The notes under the pieces were generated by a model that worked only from the letters and a program-made list of their open reading frames with translations, was not told where the DNA came from and ran no database searches. DNA of 64,000 nt. It comes from Harriotta raleighana (Eukaryota). Made by a program: the position numbers and the translations under genes. Position 1 is the first letter of the stretch; every line of letters starts with the position of its first letter. The stretch covers positions 312,298 to 376,297 of the forward strand of contig JBNZDD010013727.1 of NCBI GenBank assembly GCA_050575255.1, read 5' to 3'. Below, piece after piece: positions 26,431 to 40,232 of this stretch.

Positions 26431-27239
26431 ATGCAATGTAATACACACTAAAAATGTGTGTTTTTATGCTGACGTGGATTTAGATTGATAGTGGGAAATA
26501 AATTAGGACTCTTTGAATTTTTAAAGAAGCAATTTCAGTACTTGCAGTGCAACAACAACAACAAAATTACATTTATAGAGCATCTTTCACTTCAGGAGGA
26601 CATTCCAAGGTGCTGGACTATGCTTTACCTAATAAAGAGTGTAATAAAACTTTAAGGATTATTGGAAAGATTATTTTATGAGAATTATTCCAATAATCAT
26701 TTCCCCCGATAGTATTTGTTTATTGGTTGTCATCTATATTAATACTGTTTGCAGGAGATAATCTTATATATGACTTTAAAGGTAATAAATCATCGCAAGA
26801 TTTTGACTTGGAATTGCATGGCATTTAATTTCCTGAAAATCACTCACAGATAGATACAATGTTAATCTTTGCATTTGATATTTCACATTCTCAAAACGTC
26901 TCAACAGTGGATGCACTGTAAAGTGTAGATGCTATGCATATGTAGGCAAATGTTACAAGTAATTTGTGCACAACGATGTCCCACAAACAACAACAACAAC
27001 ATTACATCTATAGAGCGCCTTTCACATTGGGAGGATGTCCCAAGGGGCTGAACAGTCAAGGGTCGGGACCCAAGCAAGGGGTCATGAAGTGAAAGTTTCA
27101 TTTTATCCGGAGGAGTTTTTGGTTGGTACACTGGGGAAAATGTCCTCTCTTTCTAAATTGTGTCAGGGAATTTTTAATGACCACCTAAACAGAAAGTCTG
27201 GGGCTCAGTTTAACATCTCAAATCATAGGACGACACCTT

Positions 27240-27577
27240 GTCAACCTGACTCATTGGTAGCATTTCTTTCCTCTGAGTCAGAAGATATGAAGTGAAGCTC
27301 CACATTGAGACTTGGAATGACTGACACTCCAGAGGTGTTGTATTGTTAGAAGTTCTCTCCTTTGAAGGAGACATTAAACAGTCTGGCTGTTCAGTGAATG
27401 TTAAAAGATCCCAAAGACATTATTTGAAGAGAGAAGGGGATTTCTTCCAGTGTCCAAGCAAATAATTCCCAAAATAAAATTGTTCAGTTACTCCATGACT
27501 GTTTATGGGACATTGCTGTGCACAAACTGGCTGCCATATTTTGCCCACAAAATACAGTCAACCCATTTTATACAATA
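27240..27577 (+). mobile_element. Old DeuSINE, split by a Helitron (continues about 28127-28155)
   Basis: SacSINE-like head and core plus Deu motif; the tail resumes tattctgtgaa after the insertion. Confidence 0.75.
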
Positions 27578-28126
27578 CTAACTGTACCCATTGCAGCTTT
27601 GCTAGCAACCAAAGGATCCATCCAGTATGGAATGTAGATTGACACACTGATAAACATTTTGTCTTTATCTCTACTCAGTTGGGAGGACTCCTGTGGGAGA
27701 ACTCCCTTTGGGAGGTCTTAGTGGGAGGACTCAGCACCGGTTGCAGCTTAGCTTTCTCTGTCTTCTTTATTTGGTTTCAGTCGCTTGGCTATGTCCGTGC
27801 TTTATGACGCAGCTTGCCACAGCAACAAGGTTAGTCGGTGCTGCTACCAGGAGTAACTTCAGTGTCGTCTACATATGGGGTGCTCTGTGACGCATGATGC
27901 CAGAGCGACAATTTGACATCAGATGCAACTACGCTGAAAAATGCAAAACTGAAAATAACGCATAAACGATGGGAGATACCTGATAACAAATATACCCATG
28001 TCATTCTTAGTTGCTAGACCTTTCCGGTGAGGTATAAATCATGTTTCTATGTCAATTAGTTACTGAGATCCTTCTTGAAGAGCAGCAGACATTGTTGTTT
28101 TATCAGTAAAAGAAAATAAAAGAAGA
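27578..28126 (-). mobile_element. Non-autonomous Helitron (549 bp)
   Basis: Minus strand starts TC and ends ..CAGTTAG, with a hairpin (27591-27608) about 13 nt from the end. Inserted between A and T of a SINE, no TSD. Confidence 0.72.
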
Positions 28127-28389
28127 TATTCTGTGAACCATTTGGAGATATCTCAATTGGATAGGAGTGTCAGTCCAGTGAGTTCAACATGCAAGTCAGC
28201 CTGGCTTAGTTGTAACACTTTTTCCCCTTGAGTCAAAAGATTTGTGAGATAAGACGCTATATATCAAATGCAAGGATTATTTTATTACAGTCCTGAAATG
28301 AGCCAGGGGCGTGAAACCCAATTTCTAAATCAAAGGCAAACGACAGGCTGAGATTTATGAATGGTTGAGAAGATTAATTCAACTCTCCA

Positions 28390-28865
28390 CCAGAACTGGG
28401 CTGTTCTCCTTGGAGTAGATTGAGAGGAGAGCTGATGAGATATTAAAATAATTATGCAGAATTTTGATAAAGTAAACAGTGAGAAATAATTACCAATAGT
28501 CAGTAATTTGTTGGCCTAGATTTAAATAATAATCATTGCATTTAATACAGTATCTTTAGTGTCTTGAAGATTTACTTGTTAAATGTGTATTTTATTAATA
28601 AATTACCAAATGAGGAAACAGAGATGTTTTGTATGCACACACACACAGTGGGTAGTTAAGATGTGGAATGCCACACCTAGAAAGGCGGCAGAATTCATAT
28701 TAGCTTTTTAAGAGAGAGTTGGATGAATATCTGAAGAGAATTATATAATGATTTGGGGAAAAAGACAGCTGTGTGGGACTAAATGGATAGGTTTTTTTTC
28801 AAAGAGGAAACGTAGGAACAGTTCGCCAAATGGCTTCATTTTGTGCTGTACATTTCTATAGTTCT
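28390..28865 (+). mobile_element. Old CR1 3' fragment
   Basis: gggctgttctccttggag...gtggaatgc...aaatggcttc..ttctat. Confidence 0.7.
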
Positions 28866-29679
28866 CTACTTATGGTGTCAAAATCAAACGAAGTGTGATC
28901 TAAAAATATTACTTGCAGACAAAAGTAGAAACAACTTTCTGATCAACTCAGAATACAATGCAATGAATATATAATATGTTTCCATTAACTATTGTACTGT
29001 ACATATAAACACTGATACACAAATTTCTAACATAATTTGCAGTAATATTGCTACACTTGAATTACATGAAAAGAACATGCGATAAAACATTTTCATTTTG
29101 CTAATTAACAGAATTAACCGAGCAAACTAAAATTACCCCACCACTACACAATATTGTTTAGAAAAATTAAGTTGAGGACAAAATAGAATCAATTCATCTT
29201 AGCATTAATTTGACACTGCATAAATGCTCTACTCATTGCATGTCTTTAACCAAAGCTCATGTAATGATGAAATGAACAGTTATTGCCTCAATACATTTGT
29301 GCAAAGTGCTTCAGTAAGACAACCTGCAAAAACTCATAGTCATTATATTATAATATGGATTTTGACTAGACATGCAAACACTAATTCTTTGAAGCAAATA
29401 ACTTGAAACTATTAAAACCAAATGTAGGCCATGTATTGCAAAATGTGTCACATTGCTAAGTGAAGAGTTCTGAGATAAATCCTCAATGAAGATCATCCTT
29501 ACAACAACAACAAAATTACACTTTATAGTGCCTTTCACGTCAGGAGGACGTCCCAAGATACTGGACAGTCATGTTTCAGACCCGATCTGGGGACAGGGGA
29601 GGTACATTAACCACAGCGCTATCATGTGATATCCTGACACATCAACATGAATGAATAAACTTGCCATTGTAAAGCACTT

Positions 29680-29950
29680 ATAATATTGAAACAGTGCTTT
29701 ACATGAATGTACATGTATACATTTCTTGTACACCAGGACAAACACAGAGTCCCTTCTGTTTTCAAATAATGTCATGGAATTTTTAACATCCACCTGAACT
29801 GAGAGGGGACTTGGCTTTGAAGGCCAATGTCTTCACCATGTACATACCCCCAGCACTGCACTGGAGTGTTACTTCAAACATCAATACAGGGAATGAATCT
29901 GCAATCATCTGACTCAAAGGCAAGAGTGCTACCAAATGCAACCAGGCTGA
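29680..29950 (-). mobile_element. Old DeuSINE
   Basis: Reverse complement of the SacSINE-like head and core (ctgactca..ggcaagagtgctacc, catccacctga). Confidence 0.7.
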
Positions 29951-30577
29951 CATAGGATACCCCTCAGCTACCTTTACAGAGTACTAAATGGCAACATTTG
30001 AGCAAAATCTGCAGAACAGCTGGGGCTTCACCACATTGCATGTCACGTCACCCAGAGAAATTAATTGCTGTAACAATTAAACCCCATGACATTGCAAGCC
30101 ACATCGCTGTGTATTCTATCCCTGTCAACTTAGTCGAAACCATGGCTACAAGTACGTCTGCTGTCTGTTCAGATAATGAGCTCTCTGTGGTGCATTTTAG
30201 AGCAGCATTTATCTCAGGGAGGTCAGCTGTGGCATCGCTGAATCACACTGTGATCTCTGACCTGGCTATTTGATAATAAGTAAGATTTTGATCAGATGAT
30301 GAACTAGTCACAGAGAACAGAAAGCAGAATGCTCTTTTTGGATAATTGTGCCTTGACATCCATATTGCGTTTTCGCCCACAAATATAGTGAATTTTTCCT
30401 ACTTTCTTTCCCCGACCCCTCCCCCCCCGCTCTGATCCTCACTTGACTGTACAGTGCCTTGGGACGTCCTCCCAAGTGAAAAACGCTATATAAATGTTGT
30501 TTTGATTGATTGATTGTGGAGTCAATTCTTTTCCACATTCAATGTATAAAAGCCTCAAAGAGCAGATTAAAAGTATA

Positions 30578-31108
30578 CAGGTAGACCCTGCTTAATGTTG
30601 CTTTGATCAAAGTTGTTTCATTATTACGTTGCTGATACGTAGAGAACATATATCCATTTAAAGTCGCGACGTTCACTATTACGTAGTTCGCCAGCGGGTT
30701 GAAGGGGGCACAACGGCACTAGAGTCTGCCCATCAAGAGAGTGAGCCAGGCTGGTAGCAAGAGAGCGAGACAGGTTAGCAGCAAGTGAGATCATTCAGCC
30801 AGCAGCGAGTGAGACTGGCAGCGAGTGAGTGAACCGGGCAGGCGGTCGGGGAGCGAATATTATTTTTTTTTAGAAAAATTTGATGAAAAATGTCCAAAAG
30901 AACCTAANTTCAGCCAGCAGCGAGTGAGACTGGCAGCGAGTGAGTGAGCCGGGCAGGCGGTCGGGAAGCGAGTATTATTTTTTTTTAGAAAAATTTGATG
31001 AAAAATGTCCAAAAGAACCTAACTCCAGTTCATACATTAATTCTTAAATGTGTTTGCACATTTTGCTTACAGTAGCACTTTTCAAAAACAGAACTACGGG
31101 AATACCTG
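30578..31108 (+). mobile_element. Tigger/pogo-like MITE (TA TSD)
   Basis: TA|CAGGTAGACCC...GGGAATACCTG|TA; related to 61169-62008 and 45919. Confidence 0.8.
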
Positions 31109-31869
31109 TAGATTAAATCTAAAAGAATGAAGAATGTGATTGTGTTCTCACAAGTAGATAACCTTACATTTAAAAAAATAAATCCACCAGATAATTTAAA
31201 ATTTTGCAACCCAAAAAGAGGTGAGTTACATGGAACCTTATATCACAAGGCCAGCTCCAATTACTGGAAGGCAGACTTTCTTGAGAAGATAGGCCCCTCC
31301 AGAAGTGATTAGTAAAAGTATGGACAGTGATTGCATGGTTACCTAATAAATTAAATCCATATATTTTTGATGAAGTGTCCAGGAAACACTTGGGATGAAT
31401 TTCTTTTCACTATACAGTACTATATTTGGATGTATTATCGGCTCAGTTTATAACATAGAGAGACAATGAGGTCTATTATGAGGGTTGTACAAACCACATG
31501 AAAATGCATGTGTACAGAGGAAACCAAAGCCGCAGGTTATAGTTATCATTTCCTCTCTTACACAATCCATACATATAATATAATAGCATTTACATAAATC
31601 ATATATGCAATTGTTTACACAAGGTTTATACACTGTCCTAATAAACATTTGTTTACATAACTTGCTTAAAAAATACCATTATAGGACTTACAATATGTTA
31701 CTGGGATAATGAAGACCTGAACGGTTTATCACCCCAATGACACAAATAACTGCCTATATTCTTTATTCTTTAGTTGTACAAATGTTATTTTATTGTTGTT
31801 GGATATAACTGCTTTTGGCTGCATCCTCCAGTACTTTGCCAAATGGTCAATCTTCATACATAATAATAT

Positions 31870-32400
31870 CGTAATCCTTGCATTTAATATAATGCCCTAT
31901 CACATCTTCGAGGTGTCTCAAAGCACTTTCATTTATTTTTCCAGTAACACATTAAATGAATTCACTGTATATTTTGTGGATGAAACACGGCAGCCAATTG
32001 TGTGCAGCAGTGTCCCACAAACAGCTGTGTCCCACAAACAATGTGGATTGAGTAAACAAATTATTATTATCATTTTAAAAAATTGTTTTGAAGGGATTTA
32101 TGGCTTCTTTCAGATCAGATATGAATCTACGGTTATGTCTGCCTTTTCAGGGGAATGTTAAAGATCCCATCGCACTATTCTCAAAGATAAGGGAGTTTCT
32201 CCTGGTGCTCTGGCCAATAATTCACCTGATAACATTGGTATTCATTTCATGGCTGTTTGTTGAATATCGCTGTGAAGAAATTGGCTGTCATGTTTGCCTC
32301 TAAAAAATAGTCACTACACTTAACAGTACATCCTGTGAAGTAGTTTGAGACATCTTCCTGATGTGAAGGGAATTATAACAAAGGTAAAGGTTATTCTTAT
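31870..32400. mobile_element. Young SINE 3' half (minus) adjacent to an old DeuSINE (plus)
   Basis: Deu motifs in both orientations. Confidence 0.7.
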
Positions 32401-33679
32401 TATTTTAAGTTTCATTCTACATAATGAATGTTTTCAATCCATTCAAACGCAAGCACTTATCCACCCATCACACATATGCACATCGTTTTTGTTAAAGAGA
32501 AACTGGCTGGTGTTTTACTCTCTCCAGCCCCAGCTGCTCTGGTAGCTGAGAACAGAGCTACTTAAAGCCATCATGACAAAGCTTCAGACCAAATTCTAGC
32601 ACTCATTTAAGAACATGATCAAGATCACATAAAACAGACATCCATGAGACTTTCCTATTGATTTGTCCATATCACATCTATCAATCTAGATGCTAGGAAG
32701 AATTACACTGTAAGGAATCCTTACCCTGATAGACTTTGAGGAAAAAATCCCGGTGACTTTCTCCCAGTAGATGGTCAGATTCTAATACATATCGTGTATA
32801 AGGTTAGTTGGGAAGAATGTGACTGTTTTCATATCCTTTCTATTCTTACTTTCTCAGACATTATTTGATCTTTGTCTAAATGGTTAAGTAATGTAGAATA
32901 CTGTTCGGGATCTCTTTCAGATAAGATTGATTGGAATTATGTTTGTGGCACAATGTAATTAGTGATGTCTCTTTCCCACCAGTGAAAACCCTTTAGGTTT
33001 ATGCATCATTTAACCAATTCTGGTCACCCTGCTACAGTACATAGCAATCACTGATATCAGAATGCTGGTACTAGCAGTTCAGTTTGAAGATGCCAGAGCA
33101 ACACTCAAGCATGAAGGAAATCGGCCCTCGTGGAATTTACATGTTTCAAATACTTTGGTTTCACGTAACCGATACATCAGTTTAACTGCCTGCAAAACCA
33201 CACCCATTTGTAAACCATCTTAATGGAAACAGTTGAAATCCTGTTGTCTTCATTTATACTAACAGAAGAATTAAAATAACTGGAGGAATCCCCAACAGTT
33301 TCAGAGTTCCGCCACTGTGCAGTCCAATGCTTTTAATAGGATTTGAGTTAGGAGTGGCAAATACACAATGTGGGAATTAATCCTTATGCTTCCTACTGTC
33401 AAGGACTGCATTGTAGGGTGCATGCACCACCTTAAAGGCACTGCTGTGATAAACCATAGTGGTATGAGAAAGATTTTAATTATCAAAAGATGCATTAAGA
33501 TTTAACCATTTGATGCCAATCAGGCTTGTTGACATTCAAGTGTAAAGTGTTGATGTTTGACAGACAGTTTGTCAGGAAGGCAGTGGTCTTTAAGTTAAAC
33601 CTGAGTGCATCAGTTGATAATAACTCGTGCTGTTAAGCTACTACCACATTTCACTTGCACTTTTCCACATTTCAAATAG

Positions 33680-33950
33680 ATCTCATTCAGGATTTGATGT
33701 CCGACAGGCAGTCTGTTCGGATATCAGTGGTCCTGGAATCTAGGGTGGAGGCAGAAACATAAGAGTTGTGTGTCATCTGCATAAATGTGGAAGTTGATCC
33801 CATGTCTGTGGCTGATGTCCACAGGGAACATGTAGATGTTAAAAAGTATGGGGCCAAGGAGAGCCCTGGGGGACAGCACAGGTGACAGCGCGTGGGCTAG
33901 AAGAGAAGACGCTGGTGGCGACAAAGTGGAGGTGGTTGAGGTATTATGCA
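33680..33950 (-). mobile_element. L2 RT fragment
   Basis: LGPILFNIYM...HGINFHIYADDTQL. Confidence 0.85.
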
Positions 33951-35696
33951 AATGTCGATGAGGTGGGGGTACTGTATGTATGGTTTGTAATATCCAGTTT
34001 ACATTACACTCTAAAATATTGTTTTACAAAAGATACATATGTAATGGGACACAAAAAAAACCTCCTCAGTCCCTGATTTCATCTCTGCAGTAACAATGGC
34101 GAGCAGAATAGTGATTACGGCAGGTTAAGAAAGGTGGTTACGGCAGGTTAAGAAAGCATCTGGAATAATCAATTATTGACAAAAACTATTCATAGACAAT
34201 ACACACAAGGGAAGCAGTACTGAAAAGGGGTGTTTCCATTTAGAAAGTCCACAGAGTAGTCTGAAACCTGGTATTGTTTTTGTTGTTTTTACACACACAA
34301 CAGAAAATAGTTTAATTTAAGGTTACCAGTTAGTCACAATGTGTGCTGCACATCCATTGTTTTTTGATTTCAGTGTTATTTTTCACATCGATACATCGTG
34401 CCCAAGAACACAACATAAATTAGATTTTATTATACATTTACAAATGATTTTTCAATATCTCTGCAGAGGTGATGGTGCCTTTCATATCTGACCAAAGCCA
34501 TGCAGAACCATAAAGGAAATTGTAAGAAACAAGATCAGATTAAACTTTATTTTGCCATTACGAAATAAGTTCCAAGTAGCAGAGAAGTGTTGACTGTGCT
34601 TAATAGAACAAATGATTCCGTCTGCAGAAAATGACAATTTAAAGTTTTGCAGTGTTCTGCATTTACACAAAGCGAGTTTAGCATGGAATGAGAAAGGATA
34701 TTTAACACATGTGAATTGCTTCGAACACACGACACCCAACTTTCACCATTATGGATTTGACTCACTGCTTAAACCTCTCCTATCCAAGCTCTAAATACCT
34801 GTCAGGCTGCCCACAGAACCGGCTAGCAGGTAAAACAAGACATTTGCTCATTTTGTTTTCTGACTCAGCCTGGTTTGTGCCCCAATGCAAGATCTCTACA
34901 TTCATTACACAAAACATATGATGGTCTTGTAGATTGTGTGCAAGCCCAGTCCAGGGGAAGGGGAAAAACAAATGCTGTGCATGAACGTAATCTGAGCGTG
35001 GCAAGGAACAACCGCAGTTCTGCTGTGTGAGATTTGCCAGTATACTGCTTCCAAACTCACTTCTACAAATGTGAGAGACAAATCAAATTAAATTGAATGT
35101 CAGACAAGTTCTGGTGCACCAAGATATAGTTTTTCAAATGGATGTTAAGATTCAGAAATTCAACTGCCTTTGTATTGTTAAATATACAAGTATATAAGTA
35201 TTAAACTCCTTTGGAGATAAAAGAAAATCTCTGAAGACCAAAAGAAAATCCTGAAGATAGTATTTTGTCAAATTTCTTCTTGACTCCCCAAAATGTAACC
35301 AAGCAAAATGCAACATATCAAGTTATTAATATAAATGACCATATCCCTGCCTATTTGCATTTCACAAGGGTCATATTCAGTGTTCAGCTACAGGAACCAT
35401 ATGGTTCTATAAAGGATTTGTTCCTCTAGATCTATAATTATTCTTCTAATCTTCAATCCATTCCTCCCAATCCATCCATATGTCAAGCTTCTTTTAATGT
35501 CATAACCTTCATAAAGCCAGCTATGTTTTGTCCATTCCATCTGTGCTGATTTTTTTCTCAGAGGTGGGGTAGGGGGCTGTAACTTGCTTAAAGCTTTGCC
35601 ATTTGTTCATGTGTAAATGTTAGCTCTGCAGTCACAGAATCCCACTTTTTTTTGAAAAAAAACTACTTATATTATACTGCTTGTATCTTCCAGTAT

Positions 35697-36010
35697 GTGG
35701 AGTTCTATAGCTCAGTGGTTAAAGCACTCACTTTACAAGTGAGAGAGAGTCCTGGGTTCAATTCCAGGCAGGGCGAAACCTTGGGCAAGTTCCCTTACTC
35801 CACACGACTAATAATAATCCCGCAAAAAAACAATAATAAATTGGTCATTTCAATCCATAACTGTTTGTGGGACACTGCTGTGCACAATTTGCTGCTGCAT
35901 TTCACCCACCAAATATATAGTGATTTCACTTTACAGTATATTCTGAGAAGTGTTTTGAGATGTCTAGAAGACGTGATAAGGTGCTATATCAAATGCAAAA
36001 ATTATTATTT
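35697..36010 (+). mobile_element. Young Deu SINE, full length
   Basis: Same family as 7974. Confidence 0.9.
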
Positions 36011-36204
36011 TTATTTTAAAGAGCTACGTTTCCATCATTTTCAGGTGCAAAGCTTTAGAAGTAGCTGCTTACCTCTCTCTGTGTCAATCATGGTATATAC
36101 TCAAACCTAGGTCAATCATAGGGATGTCTGTCCAGGCCTTTAGTTCCTTAAATTGCATAATGACTTTTTGCTCGACTATTCTGAAGAAGTGATGGGATTT
36201 AAAA

Positions 36205-36690
36205 AATCAACAAAATTGCATTTGTACAGCGCCTTTCACGTTGGGAGGATGACCCAAAGCACTGGACAGTCAATGTTTCGGACCCACGAGTTGGGGTAGG
36301 AATTGGAGGGAAAGTAGGGTTTTGGGATAACCAATGGGACCATCTAGGAGGAGGATCTTGAAGGAGGCTAGCGAGGGGACAAGGCAGAATGGAATTCCAG
36401 AGGTTAGGGGCAGTGTAGCTGAAGGCTTGCCCGCTGATCGTGGGGCATGTGGGTCGGGGGACATGGAGCAAGCCAGAGACTGCTGAGAGGAGGGAGCGGG
36501 CTGATTGGTAGGGGGTTTGGAGGATGCACAGGTAGGGTGGCACTAGGCCATGGTGGGCTTCAAGGGTGAGGACCAGGATCTTGAATTGGATCCTCTGGGT
36601 AATGGGAAGCCAATGGACGGGTGGGAATGGAGGACTTGGGGTCATGCAGCTTGAAGCTGTAGAGGACAGGGCCGCAGAGTTCTGGATTTA
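36205..36690 (-). mobile_element. L2 LINE 3' end
   Basis: HWLPITQRIQFKILVL...AFSYTAPNLWNS and L2 tail. Confidence 0.9.
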
Positions 36691-37435
36691 AAAAAAAACT
36701 GTTCGTAACTGGTCATGCAGCACTAAATGTTAAGTTACGTTTATTGCGATGTAAATACATTTCCTACATTTTCTGAAACTTCGACTAATAACTGTCATAT
36801 TTTCCTATACAACATTCATTATGTTTCTAAATTAGTTTTATCGAGTTGTCCTTTCACTTGAAAGGTCTCAACCCGAAAACACTTTCATCTTTCTGCCTTC
36901 TGTTTGACAACTCGTGATTTGAATCTGATTATCTCCAAAGCCTTAATATTCTTCCATCTGCCTCGGGTGCACAACTGCCATCAAATAACTTTTGAATGTC
37001 AACGATATACATTATGATATCCGTGGTGATTTTAATGAAAATGGGAATCCATCTGACAATTACTTGTGGAGTCCTGTACCTCAGTGGTTAGAGCACTCGC
37101 TGTAGCTCTATATCAAATGTAAGGATTAATATTAATATTATTATTACTTTTAATTTCACAGACTTTAAATATCAAATATTTATCAATCTAGTGAAGTTTG
37201 AAACTGCTATTCAGTATCAATACTTAAGATGCAGTATACAGTTCCTTGAAAGTAACAGTCTGAACCCATGGGTCGATAAAATGTACTGTTTGCAGAAGTA
37301 ATGAATACTTTCCATTCCCATAACCCAGCATTCAGATTTTACACTATTCTAAACAGTACTGGTAATAATAATATAATCCTTGAATTTGATACTTAATAAA
37401 CCTTTCCAAGAGCTTCACAAGATTTAATCTTCAAT

Positions 37436-37750
37436 GTGGAGCCCTGTAGCTCAATGGTTAGAGCACTAGAGTTACAAGCATGTGACCTGTGTTTCAAATC
37501 CAGGCATGGTGAAACTTTGGGTAAGTTTCTTTATTCCACATATCTAATAATAATCCGTCCCCAAAAACACCTATAATAAATTGGTCATTTCAATCCACAC
37601 CTATTTGTGGGACGCTGCTGTGCGCAGTTGGCTGCTGGGTTTCGCCCACAAATACACAGTCAATTCACTTTACAGTATACTCTGTGAAGAGCTTTGAGAT
37701 GTCTAGAAGACGTGAAAAGCACTGTATCAAATGCAAGGATTATTATTATT
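37436..37750 (+). mobile_element. Young Deu SINE, full length
   Basis: Same family as 7974. Confidence 0.9.
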
Positions 37751-37779
37751 CTAATGTAGTGAGGGTCTATTTTATCGAG

Positions 37780-37930
37780 GCCTGTAGCTGAGTGGTGAAA
37801 ACAATCGCCTTGCAAACAAAAGAGCGATGGGTTTGATGCCCATCCAGGCAAAACGTTGGGCAAGTTTCATTACTCCACACACTTCTTTACCTAGCAGTAA
37901 GTAGGAACATGGTTATTAGTTGATTGGGGG
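37780..37930 (+). mobile_element. 5' part of the long SINE variant
   Basis: Shares acctagcagtaagtaggaac.tggttat.agttgat with 21105-21142. Confidence 0.7.
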
Positions 37931-39994
37931 CCTGGAGGTAATAAGAATGAGGCAGAGAAATGTACCAAACTAGGTATTAGATACAAACCAGCTAAGTAGG
38001 AAAGGGTTGACTTCCATGTCCCTGGTTAATTCAAAAAATAATTATCCTTGTACTGTATTTAGAATATCAAAACATCTGAAACTGCTTCACAGGTAATTGC
38101 TGTCACATAAAATCACCAGAAATGTTTAGATGAAGGCCCTTCGGCCCATTTGATTTTTTTCTACCATAATACTGCCTACTCACTGCAGCATCATGGCTTT
38201 CTTGAATGAGACCAGTATCCTGGCCTCAATCAATCTTTCTGTTAACCTGTTGGCAGTCATTAATTACTCAACATTGGACGAAACGACAAAAAGTCAAGAA
38301 CACATAGTTATTAACAAAATGTAAATATGTTGGTAATGAAACCTCTAGATTTGTGTATTTTTTCACTATCAACTGAAATGATTGTCATGAATTTAAGTAT
38401 AAATATTTCACGGGAATTTCAAATCTCAACGCAGCAAAGCTGGATTAAAAAAAAATATTATTTGGGCCATCTGCATGGAATACAATTTGCAATATCATTT
38501 TAAGGTTACCGACTGCAGTTTAAACTAGTCTGAATTATGGTTGTGTTTATCCTAATGATTGTATACTGGACTGATCGATGAAAACTGGAGTGAATGACAA
38601 AATCTCCTTAAAAATTTTTGCTTATTCCCCAAAACACAACAGCAAACAAAATGGAGACTGTCAGTGAAAAAATATTTATTCTACGTAACAGCTAACTGGG
38701 TTTAAATCAGCTTTTCTGATCAGGTATTAGTTACAGAGGTCAGAACCAAACATATTCTATGAATCTATGAATATACAATCAGATAACAAGTGGAACAATC
38801 TTACAAATGCTAATAGGTACTGAAGACTTTCCAATGTCAACATCTACATTGCAGTCTTTCATATTTTAACATCAAAACTCTCAAAAATTTGATTCTGTAC
38901 ACAACCGTCAACCATAATTGGTCAAAGAATAAATCAAATACCCGACTTTGAATGTCCTGTTTCTAGATATAATTATGCAAGTAAAAGAAGTATCAGAAAG
39001 CAAATGTTGAATAAAAAGGTAACACAATCACAATTGCACAATATTCCCCTGTTCCTTGCTGAAGTTAAAGGTTTATAAACACATACAGTATTTCCACAAG
39101 CAAGAAACACCAGACTTGGAATAATTGATAATAAAAAGTTGCTCAAAAATTCATAGAAAGTGAAAGTTTGGCTAAACTGATATTACACAATCCAATTATC
39201 AGTTGTATGGCAATTAAATCCCATTGATCACCTGAACAGATGCCATTCTCCTCAGCTCCCTGATCTGAAACAATGTGGTCGAGAAAGTTAAAAGTTTGTA
39301 TAAAATGTTTTACATGCACATCATGAGTGGAAATAATCAGGAAACAAAAACTTTTCAATCAGCAGTTGCCTTTCCAAATTGACTGGCACTGTATCCGCAA
39401 AAAATCTGGAGCTATAATCAGTAATGCTCATCTTCAAAGGAATGTGAAAGCCACTTCACCCATTGAATTGTTCCAACCTGGGTCCTGTAATGGAATTTTA
39501 TCAAAGTCTGCAAGACAAGACTTTTTTTAAAACCAACACGAAGAGGGAACAGTTGCATTTTCCAGCCATATGCTTATTTACATGTAAATATTATTTAACT
39601 AGGACATGTGGTTAATTTCTTAGAATATCACATACAAAGCACTTCACAGTAAGCATACGTGGCAGGAGCTTGTGAAGCAGTAGGCATAGCAACAAGAACC
39701 AAGGCCAAAGATAAACAGAAACCTTTGTTCCTTTATTTCCAGAGCGAAATGCTGAATTTTCTTATGTTGTGTCAAGCTGGTGTCAGAGAGCAATTTCTCG
39801 GTGAGAGACGCTGATTGTTTTAATTGCTCCTTCCAAAAATTCTTAATGTCCTACTATGTGCATTAGCACAAAAGCAGATAAATATAGAGCAATATTTTTC
39901 AAGGCTTCTTTCCCCTTTCATTTCTTTACCCTCTGTGAAGATCATGACTCACACTGAATTCTTTATTCATGTCTCTAACCGTACATTAGATTTC

Positions 39995-40232
39995 AGCAGT
40001 CCAGTTGACTGAGTGTGAGGGGAAGAGAGAGAGGAGAGTCTCTAAGAGTCATTCCAGTCCCCACATTCATATATTCCCACAAGGGCCATTGATAAGTAAT
40101 CAGGAGCAGGAACCCTGGCTGACTTCCTTCCCTCTATCCCTTCCCACCTTTACCCAGGGCACTGACTTGGATGAGATCAGTTAACACAGAGATTAAGACA
40201 GAGACGACTCCAGTCTGTTCGGCTCAGTGAGA
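39995..40232 (-). mobile_element. Old tRNA-derived SINE (second family)
   Basis: Reverse complement shares tgatctca, tcag.cag.gtt..tgctcctgatta with the 49730 copy. Confidence 0.55.

Noticed and set aside
27680-27733. Spaced gggagga repeats as a CRISPR-like array
   Set aside because: Degenerate units of about 14 bp without spacers, inside a Helitron in vertebrate DNA.
36855-36885. Hammerhead-ribozyme-like remnant (gaaaggtctcaacccgaaa)
   Set aside because: The CUGANGA core and flanking stems are missing.
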